A DNA stretch of 64,000 bases from contig JBGSIM010000022.1 in the NCBI GenBank assembly GCA_041742535.1, forward strand, positions 464 through 64,463. Reading direction: 5' to 3'. Positions 35,737 through 44,739 of the stretch are shown one piece after another. This DNA comes from Cyclobacteriaceae bacterium (GTDB lineage: Bacteria; Bacteroidota; Bacteroidia; Cytophagales; Cyclobacteriaceae). The notes beneath the pieces were generated by a model that saw nothing but the letters and a program-made list of their open reading frames with translations, did no database searches and was not told the DNA's origin. A program made the translations under genes and the position numbers. Each line of letters begins with the position of its first letter. The stretch's first letter is position 1.

Positions 35737-36891
35737 ATGACGCCTCTTCAGTCTGTTGATTTAGTATTTAAAGATAAATTCAAAAAAGAACCCTTGCTTG
35801 TAATAGCTCCCGGTCGTATCAATTTGATTGGTGAGCATACAGACTATAACAATGGTTTTGTGATGCCGGCCGCAGTGGATAAACACATTGCTTTTGCCGT
35901 TGCTCCAAATGATTCTGATCAATTCAATTTTTATTCGCTCGACTTTAACGAATCTTTTTCTTTTCGGCTTTCGGATTTAAAACCGGGTGGTCACTGGAGC
36001 AACTACATGATGGGTGTGGCCGATGGATTTATAAGTCGAGGCTTACCCTTGCCAGGAATTGATTGCGTGTTTGGTGGAAATATTCCGACAGGGGCTGGTA
36101 TGTCCTCTTCAGCAGCACTTTGTAGTGGAATTGGATTTGCATTCAATGAATTGTTTCAGTTCAATCTTTCGCGGCTGCAATTAGCAAAGATTGCTCAACG
36201 TGCCGAACATGAGTTTGCCGGAGTTCGATGTGGCATTATGGATCAGTATGCAAGTTTGTTTGGCCAGGCTAATGCTGCACTGTTGTTGGATTGCCGAAGT
36301 TTAGTGCATGAATATGTCCCGATTAATTTTAAGGATGTAGAAATTTTATTGATCGACACCAAAGTAAAACATGAGCTTGCTTCATCCGCTTATAATCAAC
36401 GCAGGGCTGCGTGCGAAGAAGGTGTTGCAATGATTCAAAAAAATAAACCTGGCGTTCAATCCTTACGGGATGCGGATCTCAATGACCTCGAATTGATTAG
36501 ACCTTCAGTTTCATCCGATGTCTTTATTAAATCTCAATTTATAATAGAGGAGATTGCTCGTACCCAACAAGCGGCTCAACTTTTAAAAAGGAATGACTTA
36601 GCAAGCTTCGGTAAAAAAATGTTTGAAACACATTGGGGTTTGAGCAAACAATATGAAGTAAGTTGTCCCGAATCTGACTTTCTGGTAAACATTGCTGAAA
36701 ATGTTGGTGCCGATGTATTAGGCGCAAGACAAATGGGAGGTGGATTTGGTGGTTGTACCATCAATTTGGTGAAGAAAGATGCCGTTCAAAAATATACTTC
36801 TAAAGTCACAGAAGAATATGTTGCTTCTTTCAAAAAAGAACCTGACTTTTATTCAGTTGTGCTTATGCAGGGAGTTCATGCAGAAGTATAA
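35737..36891 (+). CDS. galK: Galactokinase
   Basis: 384 aa. GRINLIGEHTDYNNGFVMP signature, GAGMSSSAA, GGGFGGC. Confidence 0.9.
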   Translation: MTPLQSVDLVFKDKFKKEPLLVIAPGRINLIGEHTDYNNGFVMPAAVDKHIAFAVAPNDSDQFNFYSLDFNESFSFRLSDLKPGGHWSNYMMGVADGFISRGLPLPGIDCVFGGNIPTGAGMSSSAALCSGIGFAFNELFQFNLSRLQLAKIAQRAEHEFAGVRCGIMDQYASLFGQANAALLLDCRSLVHEYVPINFKDVEILLIDTKVKHELASSAYNQRRAACEEGVAMIQKNKPGVQSLRDADLNDLELIRPSVSSDVFIKSQFIIEEIARTQQAAQLLKRNDLASFGKKMFETHWGLSKQYEVSCPESDFLVNIAENVGADVLGARQMGGGFGGCTINLVKKDAVQKYTSKVTEEYVASFKKEPDFYSVVLMQGVHAEV

Positions 36892-36919
36892 CTAGCTAAC
36901 TAAACCTCTCTCACCTACC

Positions 36920-38602
36920 ATGAATTTATCTACGCTTGATATAATTGTCTTCGCATCCTACTGTGCATTAATCCTCGGCATAGGCCTTTGGGTTTCGCGC
37001 GATAAGGATGGACATGAAAAAAATGCTGAGGATTATTTCCTCGCTAGTAAGTCACTGCCCTGGTGGGCGATAGGTGCCTCACTCATTGCGGCTAACATTT
37101 CGGCAGAACAATTTATTGGAATGTCAGGCTCAGGTTTCGCCATTGGTCTTGCCATTGCCAGTTATGAATGGATGGCAGCCATTACCTTATTGGTTGTAGG
37201 TAAATTTTTCTTACCGATTTTTATCAACAAAGGCATCTATACAATTCCGGGTTTTGTTGAAAAGCGTTTTAGTAAGAATTTAAAAACCATTTTGGCGGTA
37301 TTTTGGATCGCTTTGTTCGTGTTTGTTAATCTTACTACCGTGCTCTATCTCGGTGCGCGTGCGATGGATACCGTAATTGGAACAGGTGATGGAAGTTTGA
37401 TGATGTACAGCGTAATCGGCTTAGGTCTTTTCGCAGCAGCTTATTCACTTTGGGGTGGACTTTCTGCTGTTGCCTGGACGGATGTAGTGCAAGTGGTTCT
37501 GCTTGTGTTCGGTGGTTTGGTTACAACGTATATCGCGTTAGGTCATGTTTCGCCTACCGGTGGTGTTATTGATGGAATGATTCATGTCTTCAATACGGTT
37601 CCCGAAAAGTTTTCCATGATTCTCTCAAAAGGGGAAATCATTACACCTGATGGTAAAGATGCTTGGTGGGATCTTCCTGGTTTGTCTGTGTTGATTGGGG
37701 GTATGTGGATCGCTAATATTTACTATTGGGGTTTTAATCAATATATCATTCAGCGCACATTGGCCGCCAAAAGTTTGCCTGAAGCGCAAAAAGGAATTGT
37801 GTTTGCAGCGTTTTTGAAATTGATCATTCCATTGATCGTAGTAATTCCGGGTATCATTGCTTTTGTAATGAATTCAGATGCTGGAAAATTGACAACCGAA
37901 TCGCTAGATCCAAGTTTCATAAATTCACAAGGAGGTGTTATAAATGATAACGCGTTGCCGTGGTTAATTAAAAGTTTTGTTCCCTCCGGTATCAAAGGAT
38001 TAGTTATGGCCGCATTGGCAGCTGCTATTGTTTCTTCATTAGCTTCTATGCTAAATTCTACCTCTACCATCTTTACCATGGATATCTATCAGCCTTACAT
38101 CAATAAGACTGCAACAGACAAACAAACTGTTTCAGTTGGAAGAATAAGTGGTGCAGTTGCGTTGGTTATCGCTATGATCATTGCGCCTTCACTCGGAAAT
38201 CTTGGGCAAGCGTTTCAATTTATTCAGGAGTATACAGGTGTCGTGAGTCCAGGTATTTTAGCTGTTTTCCTCACGGGATTATTTTGGAGACGTGCTACTA
38301 ACAATGCTGCGATTTGGGGAGTAATTCTTTCAATTCCAATTGCGATGTACTTTAAGGTGGGTCCTAATGGTTGGTCAGATGCTGCCATGTTTGTTACTAT
38401 TCCATTCATGAATCAAATGATGATTACTGCATTAGCGTCAATCGCCATTATACTTTTCATTAGTTACCTGGAAGGAAAAGGAAAAATTGATGAAAAGGGA
38501 ATTAACCTTACGTCCGAATTATTCAAAACCACTCCGGCTTTTAATATCGGGGCAATCACCATTCTGATTATTTGTACGCTGCTCTACGCGATTTTCTGGT
38601 AG
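36920..38602 (+). CDS. Sodium:solute symporter (SSS/SGLT family)
   Basis: 560 aa multi-pass protein. DYFLASKSLPWWAIGASLIAANISAEQFIGMSG. Confidence 0.9.
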   Translation: MNLSTLDIIVFASYCALILGIGLWVSRDKDGHEKNAEDYFLASKSLPWWAIGASLIAANISAEQFIGMSGSGFAIGLAIASYEWMAAITLLVVGKFFLPIFINKGIYTIPGFVEKRFSKNLKTILAVFWIALFVFVNLTTVLYLGARAMDTVIGTGDGSLMMYSVIGLGLFAAAYSLWGGLSAVAWTDVVQVVLLVFGGLVTTYIALGHVSPTGGVIDGMIHVFNTVPEKFSMILSKGEIITPDGKDAWWDLPGLSVLIGGMWIANIYYWGFNQYIIQRTLAAKSLPEAQKGIVFAAFLKLIIPLIVVIPGIIAFVMNSDAGKLTTESLDPSFINSQGGVINDNALPWLIKSFVPSGIKGLVMAALAAAIVSSLASMLNSTSTIFTMDIYQPYINKTATDKQTVSVGRISGAVALVIAMIIAPSLGNLGQAFQFIQEYTGVVSPGILAVFLTGLFWRRATNNAAIWGVILSIPIAMYFKVGPNGWSDAAMFVTIPFMNQMMITALASIAIILFISYLEGKGKIDEKGINLTSELFKTTPAFNIGAITILIICTLLYAIFW

Positions 38603-38626
38603 ATATAATCTTGTAGGAATAATTAA

Positions 38627-38659
38627 AAGCTCCGACTTATCGGGGCTTTTTTTATTTTT
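38627..38659 (+). terminator. Intrinsic terminator after the symporter gene
   Basis: Stem AAGCTCCG/CGGGGCTT (one G-U pair), 6-nt loop, then TTTTTTTATTTTT. Confidence 0.65.
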
Positions 38660-38663
38660 GAGT

Positions 38664-39623
38664 ATGAACCGCATCGATCGTCTCACTGCTATCCTCATCC
38701 ACCTTCAAACGAAGCGAGTGGTAAAGGCTGATGAAATTGCAGAGCGCTTTGGCATGAGTTTACGAACCGTTTACCGGGATGTAAAAGCATTGATGGAAGC
38801 TGGGGTGCCTATTGGTTCAGAGGCTGGTAAAGGCTATTTTATTGTCGATGGATTTCATCTTCCGCCTGTTATGTTCACTCAGGATGAAGCCAACTCGATG
38901 ATGTTGGCTGGAAAGTTAGTGGAGAAGATTGCCGATAAATCTGTTCGGACTGCATTTGATTCTGCCCTTTATAAAATAAAATCGGTTCTTGCTGATTCTG
39001 ATAAAGACAACCTTGAAGCACTGGATTCAAACATTGAAATTCATTTTCGTGGACGGAGCGCAAGCAATGACGAATCCTTTCCAGATCACTTCATGACGGA
39101 GATTCAACGCGCGGTTGCCAAAAAGCAAGTGCTAAAAATTGATTATTGCAATGCCAATGGCGAGGTGTCGCAACGATTGGTAGAGCCAGCAGGTATTTTC
39201 TATTATAGTCTTGCCTGGCATTTAATTGGCTGGTGCCGATTACGAAATGGTTATCGCGATTTTCGCTCGGATCGGATTAAAGTGTTGACAAATACCGGAG
39301 AAGTATTTAAGAGCAGGAGTGACGTTTCGCTGAAGGAATATTTTCAGGCCATGTTTATGTCGAACAGAGAGCTTGTGCAAGCCGTTGTTGTGTTTGATAA
39401 AAAGGCACTTGCTAACCGACCGCTCCGTTCTGCAGTAACACAAACCGATTTAGGAGATCGTGTGCGTGCTGAGTTCATGATGGACAGTGTAGATTACATT
39501 GCCCGCTGGCTGCTCATGTTTGGTAACGAAATAGAGGTGGAGGAACCCGAAGAGCTTCGCGACCGGGTTTCTCAATTAGCGGAGGAACTGTTCCTTCACC
39601 ACACAAAGACTCCATCCCTCTGA
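38664..39623 (+). CDS. HTH plus WYL domain transcriptional regulator (YafY-like)
   Basis: MNRIDRLTAILIHLQTKRVVKADEIAERFGMSLRTVYRDVKAL and a WYL-region pattern (YSLAWHLIGWCRLRNGYRDFRSDRI). Start trimmed from the TTG at 38658 to the ATG. Confidence 0.85.
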   Translation: MNRIDRLTAILIHLQTKRVVKADEIAERFGMSLRTVYRDVKALMEAGVPIGSEAGKGYFIVDGFHLPPVMFTQDEANSMMLAGKLVEKIADKSVRTAFDSALYKIKSVLADSDKDNLEALDSNIEIHFRGRSASNDESFPDHFMTEIQRAVAKKQVLKIDYCNANGEVSQRLVEPAGIFYYSLAWHLIGWCRLRNGYRDFRSDRIKVLTNTGEVFKSRSDVSLKEYFQAMFMSNRELVQAVVVFDKKALANRPLRSAVTQTDLGDRVRAEFMMDSVDYIARWLLMFGNEIEVEEPEELRDRVSQLAEELFLHHTKTPSL

Positions 39624-39667
39624 TTTTAAAAATCGTTCTTCGTATCTCTTCATTTTTCCATTCCTGC

Positions 39668-39683
39668 TGACATAAGGTTGTCA
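39668..39683. promoter_or_regulatory. Palindromic site 1, TGACATAAGGTTGTCA (TGACA-N6-TGTCA)
   Basis: Read directly. The extended repeat CTGCTGACATAAGGTTGTCA is shared with site 2. Confidence 0.5.
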
Positions 39684-39720
39684 CTTTCTGAAGAAATAAT
39701 TAAATATTTCTTTTTTCTGG

Positions 39721-39736
39721 TGACATAAGGCTGTCA
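39721..39736. promoter_or_regulatory. Palindromic site 2, TGACATAAGGCTGTCA
   Basis: 53 bp from site 1. 36 nt upstream of the ATG at 39772. Confidence 0.5.
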
Positions 39737-39771
39737 TAACCCAGGTGTTTCTTAGAGTAAAATTTAAGACT

Positions 39772-40245
39772 ATGACACCAAGAAAAAACGCCCCCCTTTT
39801 AAAGCACGTTAAGCCTATTAACTTTTTATTCTTTCGGGTAGAAACTACTGTAAATGAATTAAGCCAGTTTTTTTGGGTTGCCCCGGAATTATTTAAGGAA
39901 GCTGTTACCAATAATTTAACCATTACAGGTCCTGTTCACTGGCATTATTTTGATTTTATGGGTGACCTCGAAAAACCATTCATTCTTGAAATTTCTCTTC
40001 CCGTATCAGAAGTTGTGAATGATTATGATGGTAAGTTTCATTTTAAACGTACAAACGAATTCAAATGTGTTTCACTAGTGCATGAAGGAAACTGGTTGGA
40101 CTTGCCCACTAGTTATGAAGCACTTATGAAATTTGTGCAAGCAAAGAAATTTCAACCTGTAGCAGTAAACAGGGAACTCTACGTAAACGTGGATTTTAAT
40201 TTTCCGGAAGCAAATACAACAGAAGTTCAAATGGGAATTCACTAA
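39772..40245 (+). CDS. GyrI-like small-molecule-binding domain protein
   Basis: 157 aa after trimming the start to MTPRKNAP. ITGPVHWHYFDF.., CVSLVHEGNWLDLPTSYEALMKF pattern. Confidence 0.6.
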   Translation: MTPRKNAPLLKHVKPINFLFFRVETTVNELSQFFWVAPELFKEAVTNNLTITGPVHWHYFDFMGDLEKPFILEISLPVSEVVNDYDGKFHFKRTNEFKCVSLVHEGNWLDLPTSYEALMKFVQAKKFQPVAVNRELYVNVDFNFPEANTTEVQMGIH

Positions 40246-40249
40246 CAAA

Positions 40250-40735
40250 ATGAAGATGAAACGTATCATTTTATTGGCCGGTATAGTAACCGCTATTATA
40301 GCAACATTGGTTGCCAGCACCATTCAGGCACAAACGAATAAACAATCTAATACAATGAAACTCAATGCAGGAATTGTTACGGCTAAACTTAGTGAAACAA
40401 AAGAGTTCTACACAAAAGTCTTGAATTTTGGTGTTGCATTTGAAAATGAATTTTATCTTTTACTGCACACCCCAAATCAACAAGACGAAATTAGTTTTCT
40501 ACTACCCAATCATCCAACTCAAAATCAACTTTTTAAGCCTTCCTTCATGGGAAAGGGAATGTACTTAACCATTCATGTTGAAAATGTTGATCAGGAATAC
40601 GACCGGATTAAATCCTTAGGTTTTCCCATTGCCATTGAAATGAAAAATGAACTCTGGGGAGATCGCCATTTTGCAGTTGTCGATCCTAATGGAATAGGAG
40701 TAGATATAGTGACCTATACTAAATCCACAGAGTAA
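40250..40735 (+). CDS. VOC (glyoxalase/bleomycin-resistance) family protein with signal peptide
   Basis: 161 aa. KEFYTKVLNFGVAFENE.., WGDRHFAVVDPNGIGVDIV. Confidence 0.7.
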   Translation: MKMKRIILLAGIVTAIIATLVASTIQAQTNKQSNTMKLNAGIVTAKLSETKEFYTKVLNFGVAFENEFYLLLHTPNQQDEISFLLPNHPTQNQLFKPSFMGKGMYLTIHVENVDQEYDRIKSLGFPIAIEMKNELWGDRHFAVVDPNGIGVDIVTYTKSTE

Positions 40736-40944
40736 TGGAAGTATTCGTTTTTAAAACTTCGGTGCAGCCGGAACATGTTTCAAGGCTTACCCCTTTGTTG
40801 GATGTTTTAGCAGGAAAAGGAAAATGGAATTTTGCGTTAGATGATTGCGATCGTATTCTGCGCGTGATGTCTGGTTCGATTAAGCCACATCAACCTATTG
40901 AGTTATTGGTAAAACAAGGATTTAACTGTAGTGAATTAGAATAA
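40735..40944 (+). CDS. Hypothetical 69-aa protein
   Basis: ATG overlaps the upstream TAA (TAATG). No family recognised. Confidence 0.45.
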   Translation: MEVFVFKTSVQPEHVSRLTPLLDVLAGKGKWNFALDDCDRILRVMSGSIKPHQPIELLVKQGFNCSELE

Positions 40945-40946
40945 CT

Positions 40947-41456
40947 ATGAGAAAAATTATTTTAGGATTAGCGGTTAGCCTCGATGGATTTATTGAAGGT
41001 CCACAAGGTGAATACGATTGGTGTTTCACAGATCAGGATTACGGCATTACTGAATTTTCGAAGCAAATCGATGCATTGATTATGGGGCGTAAAACTTATG
41101 ATATGATGAAAGGTTACGAAGGTTCCAATCCCTGGAGTCATGCAACGACTTATGTGTTCTCACGCACCCTAGCTTCATCACCCGGAATTAAATTGTTGAA
41201 TGGAGATCTGGTTGAAACAGTGATGCAACTCAAGCAACAGCAAGGTAAAAACATCTGGTTATTTGGTGGGGCCAATCTTACCACTCAGTTTATTAATCAC
41301 AATCTTATTGATGAGTATTGGCTGTCAGTCCACCCTATTTTGTTGGGGTCTGGCAAACCTCTATTCCAAAATATAACTGAGCGAAAGAAACTTGTGCTAG
41401 TTGACTCAAAAGTTTATGAAACGGGATTGGTTTCGTTGAAGTACCGTCCTGATTGA
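40947..41456 (+). CDS. Dihydrofolate reductase family protein (RibD C-terminal domain type)
   Basis: 169 aa. LAVSLDGFIEGPQGEYDW, LIMGRKTYDMM, WLFGGANL. Confidence 0.8.
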   Translation: MRKIILGLAVSLDGFIEGPQGEYDWCFTDQDYGITEFSKQIDALIMGRKTYDMMKGYEGSNPWSHATTYVFSRTLASSPGIKLLNGDLVETVMQLKQQQGKNIWLFGGANLTTQFINHNLIDEYWLSVHPILLGSGKPLFQNITERKKLVLVDSKVYETGLVSLKYRPD

Positions 41457-41471
41457 ATCAACTAAAATGCA

Positions 41472-42245
41472 TTAGTGCCTAAACGTAAACGTTAATCTAT
41501 AATCCATCATTTGTGCATAACTAGTATACACATAACCAACATGATGCTTATGGATTACCTGAGTTTGCGTATTAATAAAAGCTGCCTCCACATCGCCTGA
41601 GCGATTAGGCGGTGCAGTGCTATGGTGCGAAGTAGGGCTATTCGTGTTCATATAATTTACCAATCCACCCTGCGTGTAGTTGGCACTAAGATTAACAAAA
41701 AAACGATTCTCTTTTATTTTTTTGAATACAGGGGAAAGGTCGAACCTCAACCCACCTCCAAAAGAATATACAACAGTACCGTCTTTTTGAAGGATGTCTT
41801 TTTCTACTGGCTCGCAACTATCAAAATCATCCGGATCATAAATGCTTAAGTTTGTTCTATACCACGAATAGCCAACCTTTCCTTCTACATAAGGAAGAAT
41901 TTTTTTGTCTGTAAGAAGATAATAACGACCCACAGCCATCAAGTTTGTAAATGCGTTTGTAACATCTACATCCATATCCGCAGTAGTTCCATCGGGGAAA
42001 GTATATTGTTGACGGGTTTGATCGTACCCATAAATTGAATAATTGAAATCCGCTCCAAGTGAAAACTTTTTGCTGGGCGATACTAAATGGAAATCTGTGA
42101 TTATTCCATTCCCTTGTTTGATATTTTGTTTCATTTTGCCTGTTGGCGATGAATAAGCATATCCGAAGGACCACTCGCGATTCCATTGACCAAAAGCTGA
42201 ATTGAGAGAAATTAAGAGGAACACCACCAACAATGACTTTTTCAT
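41472..42245 (-). CDS. Outer-membrane beta-barrel protein
   Basis: Start trimmed to MKKSLLVVFLL (signal peptide). Alternating-hydrophobic strands and a terminal aromatic residue (..LTFTFRH). Confidence 0.6.
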   Translation of the reverse strand: MKKSLLVVFLLISLNSAFGQWNREWSFGYAYSSPTGKMKQNIKQGNGIITDFHLVSPSKKFSLGADFNYSIYGYDQTRQQYTFPDGTTADMDVDVTNAFTNLMAVGRYYLLTDKKILPYVEGKVGYSWYRTNLSIYDPDDFDSCEPVEKDILQKDGTVVYSFGGGLRFDLSPVFKKIKENRFFVNLSANYTQGGLVNYMNTNSPTSHHSTAPPNRSGDVEAAFINTQTQVIHKHHVGYVYTSYAQMMDYRLTFTFRH

Positions 42246-42332
42246 AGGCTTTCTAAATTTCCCAATGAAGGTACAAAAGGGCAAGAATTATAACCTGACT
42301 AAAGGCGAATCTATTTTTTGGATTAGCCAAAT

Positions 42333-42941
42333 GTGTACATTCGCGCCATGCGTATGGAAGAAACGGTAGCTGCCGTAAATCTGGTTTATGAAGAGCTGGA
42401 TAAGCAAATTGCTACGTTTCAAGGGGCTACCTCTCTTCATTGCAAAGCGGGTTGTGGAAAATGTTGCTTTAAACCGGATATCGAGGCAACTGTATTGGAG
42501 TTTCTTCCCTTTGCCCTTCACCTATACAAGAACAACCTGGCCAACCAGTGGCTCGACAAACTGGATTCAATAGAATCATCCATGTGCTTATTACTAAATC
42601 CTGTTCGCGAAGGATTGGGACTTTGTACCGAGTATCCCTATCGGGGGTTGATTTGCCGCTTGTTTGGTTATTCAGCACGCACAACCAAGTATGCGAAAAA
42701 AGAACTGGTGACTTGTTCGGTGATCAAAACGGAACAAACCGAAGCGTATGCCGAAACTCTTGTTAAGATTGAGGCCGGACTGGATGTGCCTACAATGAAT
42801 CAATATTATATGCAATTGCAGTGCATCGATTACAACCTAACTGCAAAATACTATCCCATCAATGTAGCAATCAAACATGCTATTGAAACGGTGATGCAAT
42901 ACTATACCTATGAAAATCCTACTGAGCCAGCCCTTGTATAA
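42333..42941 (+). CDS. YkgJ family cysteine-cluster protein
   Basis: CKAGCGKCCF motif plus later CxxxxxxxxxC. The exact start among the first Met codons is uncertain. Confidence 0.65.
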   Translation: MYIRAMRMEETVAAVNLVYEELDKQIATFQGATSLHCKAGCGKCCFKPDIEATVLEFLPFALHLYKNNLANQWLDKLDSIESSMCLLLNPVREGLGLCTEYPYRGLICRLFGYSARTTKYAKKELVTCSVIKTEQTEAYAETLVKIEAGLDVPTMNQYYMQLQCIDYNLTAKYYPINVAIKHAIETVMQYYTYENPTEPALV

Positions 42942-43200
42942 AGCCTTCTCCAATTTTATCGATTAGCACTGAAGCGGACGGAAGTTTAACAGTTGGCTTT
43001 GCTTGCTCCTTACTTTCCTTTTGGGGTACCTTTGAATCGAACCATATGCTAGTGAGGGCAATAATGGCTGCTACCACAATTCCAGCAATTAGCACAAGGT
43101 CTTTATCGGAGAGTTTTATTCGCACAATGCCTCTCATACCAAAATGGGTGCCATGCCCAAAATGTAAAGAATTCCAGCTTTTTCTATGTTCTGCTTCCAT
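42919..43200 (-). CDS. Hypothetical single-pass membrane protein
   Basis: 93 aa with TM LVLIAGIVVAAIIALTSIW. 23-nt tail-to-tail overlap with the YkgJ gene. Confidence 0.4.
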   Translation of the reverse strand: MEAEHRKSWNSLHFGHGTHFGMRGIVRIKLSDKDLVLIAGIVVAAIIALTSIWFDSKVPQKESKEQAKPTVKLPSASVLIDKIGEGFIQGLAQ

Positions 43201-43345
43201 ATTATGTTCAATTATGTACAGATTAATGCTTCTTTTCCGAACAGTTTAGTCGGTTACTGTGGCCTCTTGTTTGCTTATTAATAATCGGTTTGAACTTCTT
43301 TTCTTTCTAACTTTGTTACCAAGTCACTAATAGAATTACAGAAAA

Positions 43346-43939
43346 ATGAAAAAATATTTCTTTTTGATCTTAGTTGGGGGGCTTTTATCTACAGTAGCTG
43401 AGGCACAAGAAGCTAGCACAAAAGGTGCTGCTGAAGTAAAGTGGATGACGTTTGAGGAAGCAGTTAAGCGATCAGAAACTGAAAAGCGTAAAATCTTTAT
43501 TGATGTATATACCGACTGGTGTGGCTGGTGTAAAGTAATGGATAAAAACACGTTTACGGACCCCAAGATTGCAAAACTTCTTAATGAGAAATTCTACGCA
43601 GTTAAGTTCGATGCCGAGCAAACTGCGGATGTTACCTTTCGTGGCAACACATTTAAGTTTGTTCCTTACGGGAATAAGGGTGCTCACCAATTGGCCATGG
43701 CGTTACTTAATAATCAAATGAGTTATCCAAACTTTGTTTTTTTGGATGAAGAGTTTCGCATCGTTCCAATTATTGAAGGCTACACCTCATTGCCAGGCTA
43801 TCGCAAACCAGAGGAGTTTCACATTTTTGTAAACTTTGTGAGTGGCGATTTTTATAAAACCGTTGCTTTTCAAGATTATCAAAAGGAATATAAATCCCCG
43901 TATGTAGCAGCGCCAGCGGGTGGCACCTCCGGAAAGTAA
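43346..43939 (+). CDS. Secreted thioredoxin-fold protein (DUF255-like)
   Basis: Signal peptide. FIDVYTDWCGWCKVMD (CxxC). Confidence 0.75.
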   Translation: MKKYFFLILVGGLLSTVAEAQEASTKGAAEVKWMTFEEAVKRSETEKRKIFIDVYTDWCGWCKVMDKNTFTDPKIAKLLNEKFYAVKFDAEQTADVTFRGNTFKFVPYGNKGAHQLAMALLNNQMSYPNFVFLDEEFRIVPIIEGYTSLPGYRKPEEFHIFVNFVSGDFYKTVAFQDYQKEYKSPYVAAPAGGTSGK

Positions 43940-43949
43940 AAGGCAAAAG

Positions 43950-43988
43950 AAAGCCTCTCGCTTTTCAACAAGAGGCTTTTATTTTTTT
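43950..43988 (+). terminator. Intrinsic terminator
   Basis: Stem AAAGCCTCT/AGAGGCTTT, 12-nt loop, then TTATTTTTTT. Confidence 0.7.
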
Positions 43989-44001
43989 AAGACTTAGAAG
44001 A

Positions 44002-44133
44002 TTAATCTTCCTTGCTTTGATTCTTGGTTGTCTTTTTGAAATCTAAGTATCCGATGGCTGCTACAAAGCCAACAATACAAGCAACAATTATTACAAATAA
44101 GTTGGCTCCGTCTCCTACATTTTGTTCAAACAT
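44002..44133 (-). CDS. Possible 43-aa small membrane protein (not in ORF track)
   Basis: Hand translation MFEQNVGDGANLFVIIVACIVGFVAAIGYLDFKKTTKNQSKED. One TM helix. Downstream of the HD gene on the same strand. Confidence 0.3.
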   Translation of the reverse strand: MFEQNVGDGANLFVIIVACIVGFVAAIGYLDFKKTTKNQSKED

Positions 44134-44196
44134 ACTATTCAATTTTTGTTACTGGTCAAAGGTAATGGTTTCTGTCAATTCAGCCTAACCTGGCTT

Positions 44197-44739
44197 CTAA
44201 ATTCCTAACTCTTCCTTATTGTTTCTAAGCACTTTAATGATAAATGCGATGTGCTCATGGAGGTCAACACCCAACAGTTCAACCCCTTTATACACCTCAT
44301 CGCGATCTACTTTTGCTGCAAAGCCCTTGTCTTTCAGCTTTTTAATAACAGACTTTACCTCCAATGAGGAGATACCATCCGGGCGAACCTGGCAGCAGGC
44401 AACGATGAAACCTGTTAGCTCATCGCAGGCAAGCAAAGCCTTGTCGAGCAAGGTATCATATGATACTCCCCACTTTGTGTAGTGTGCTGAAATGGCATGA
44501 GCGATCTTTTCTTCACCTCGCATTCTTAACTTTTCAACAATGATCTTTGGGTGTTTTTCGGGGTAAACTTCGTAATCGGCATCATGTAGCAATCCGGCAA
44601 CAGCCCATTCATCAGCATCTTCATTATATTTTTTAGCGTATTCTTCCATCACCAATTCGATGGTGCGCATGTGGCGAAGCAAGCTTTGGTTTTGTGTAAG
44701 GCTGCTAAGTAGGCTGCGGGCTTCAGTGCGACTGATCAT
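44197..44739 (-). CDS. HD domain phosphohydrolase-like protein
   Basis: 180 aa. AGLLHDADYE (HD motif) and AISAH. Confidence 0.8.
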   Translation of the reverse strand: MISRTEARSLLSSLTQNQSLLRHMRTIELVMEEYAKKYNEDADEWAVAGLLHDADYEVYPEKHPKIIVEKLRMRGEEKIAHAISAHYTKWGVSYDTLLDKALLACDELTGFIVACCQVRPDGISSLEVKSVIKKLKDKGFAAKVDRDEVYKGVELLGVDLHEHIAFIIKVLRNNKEELGI

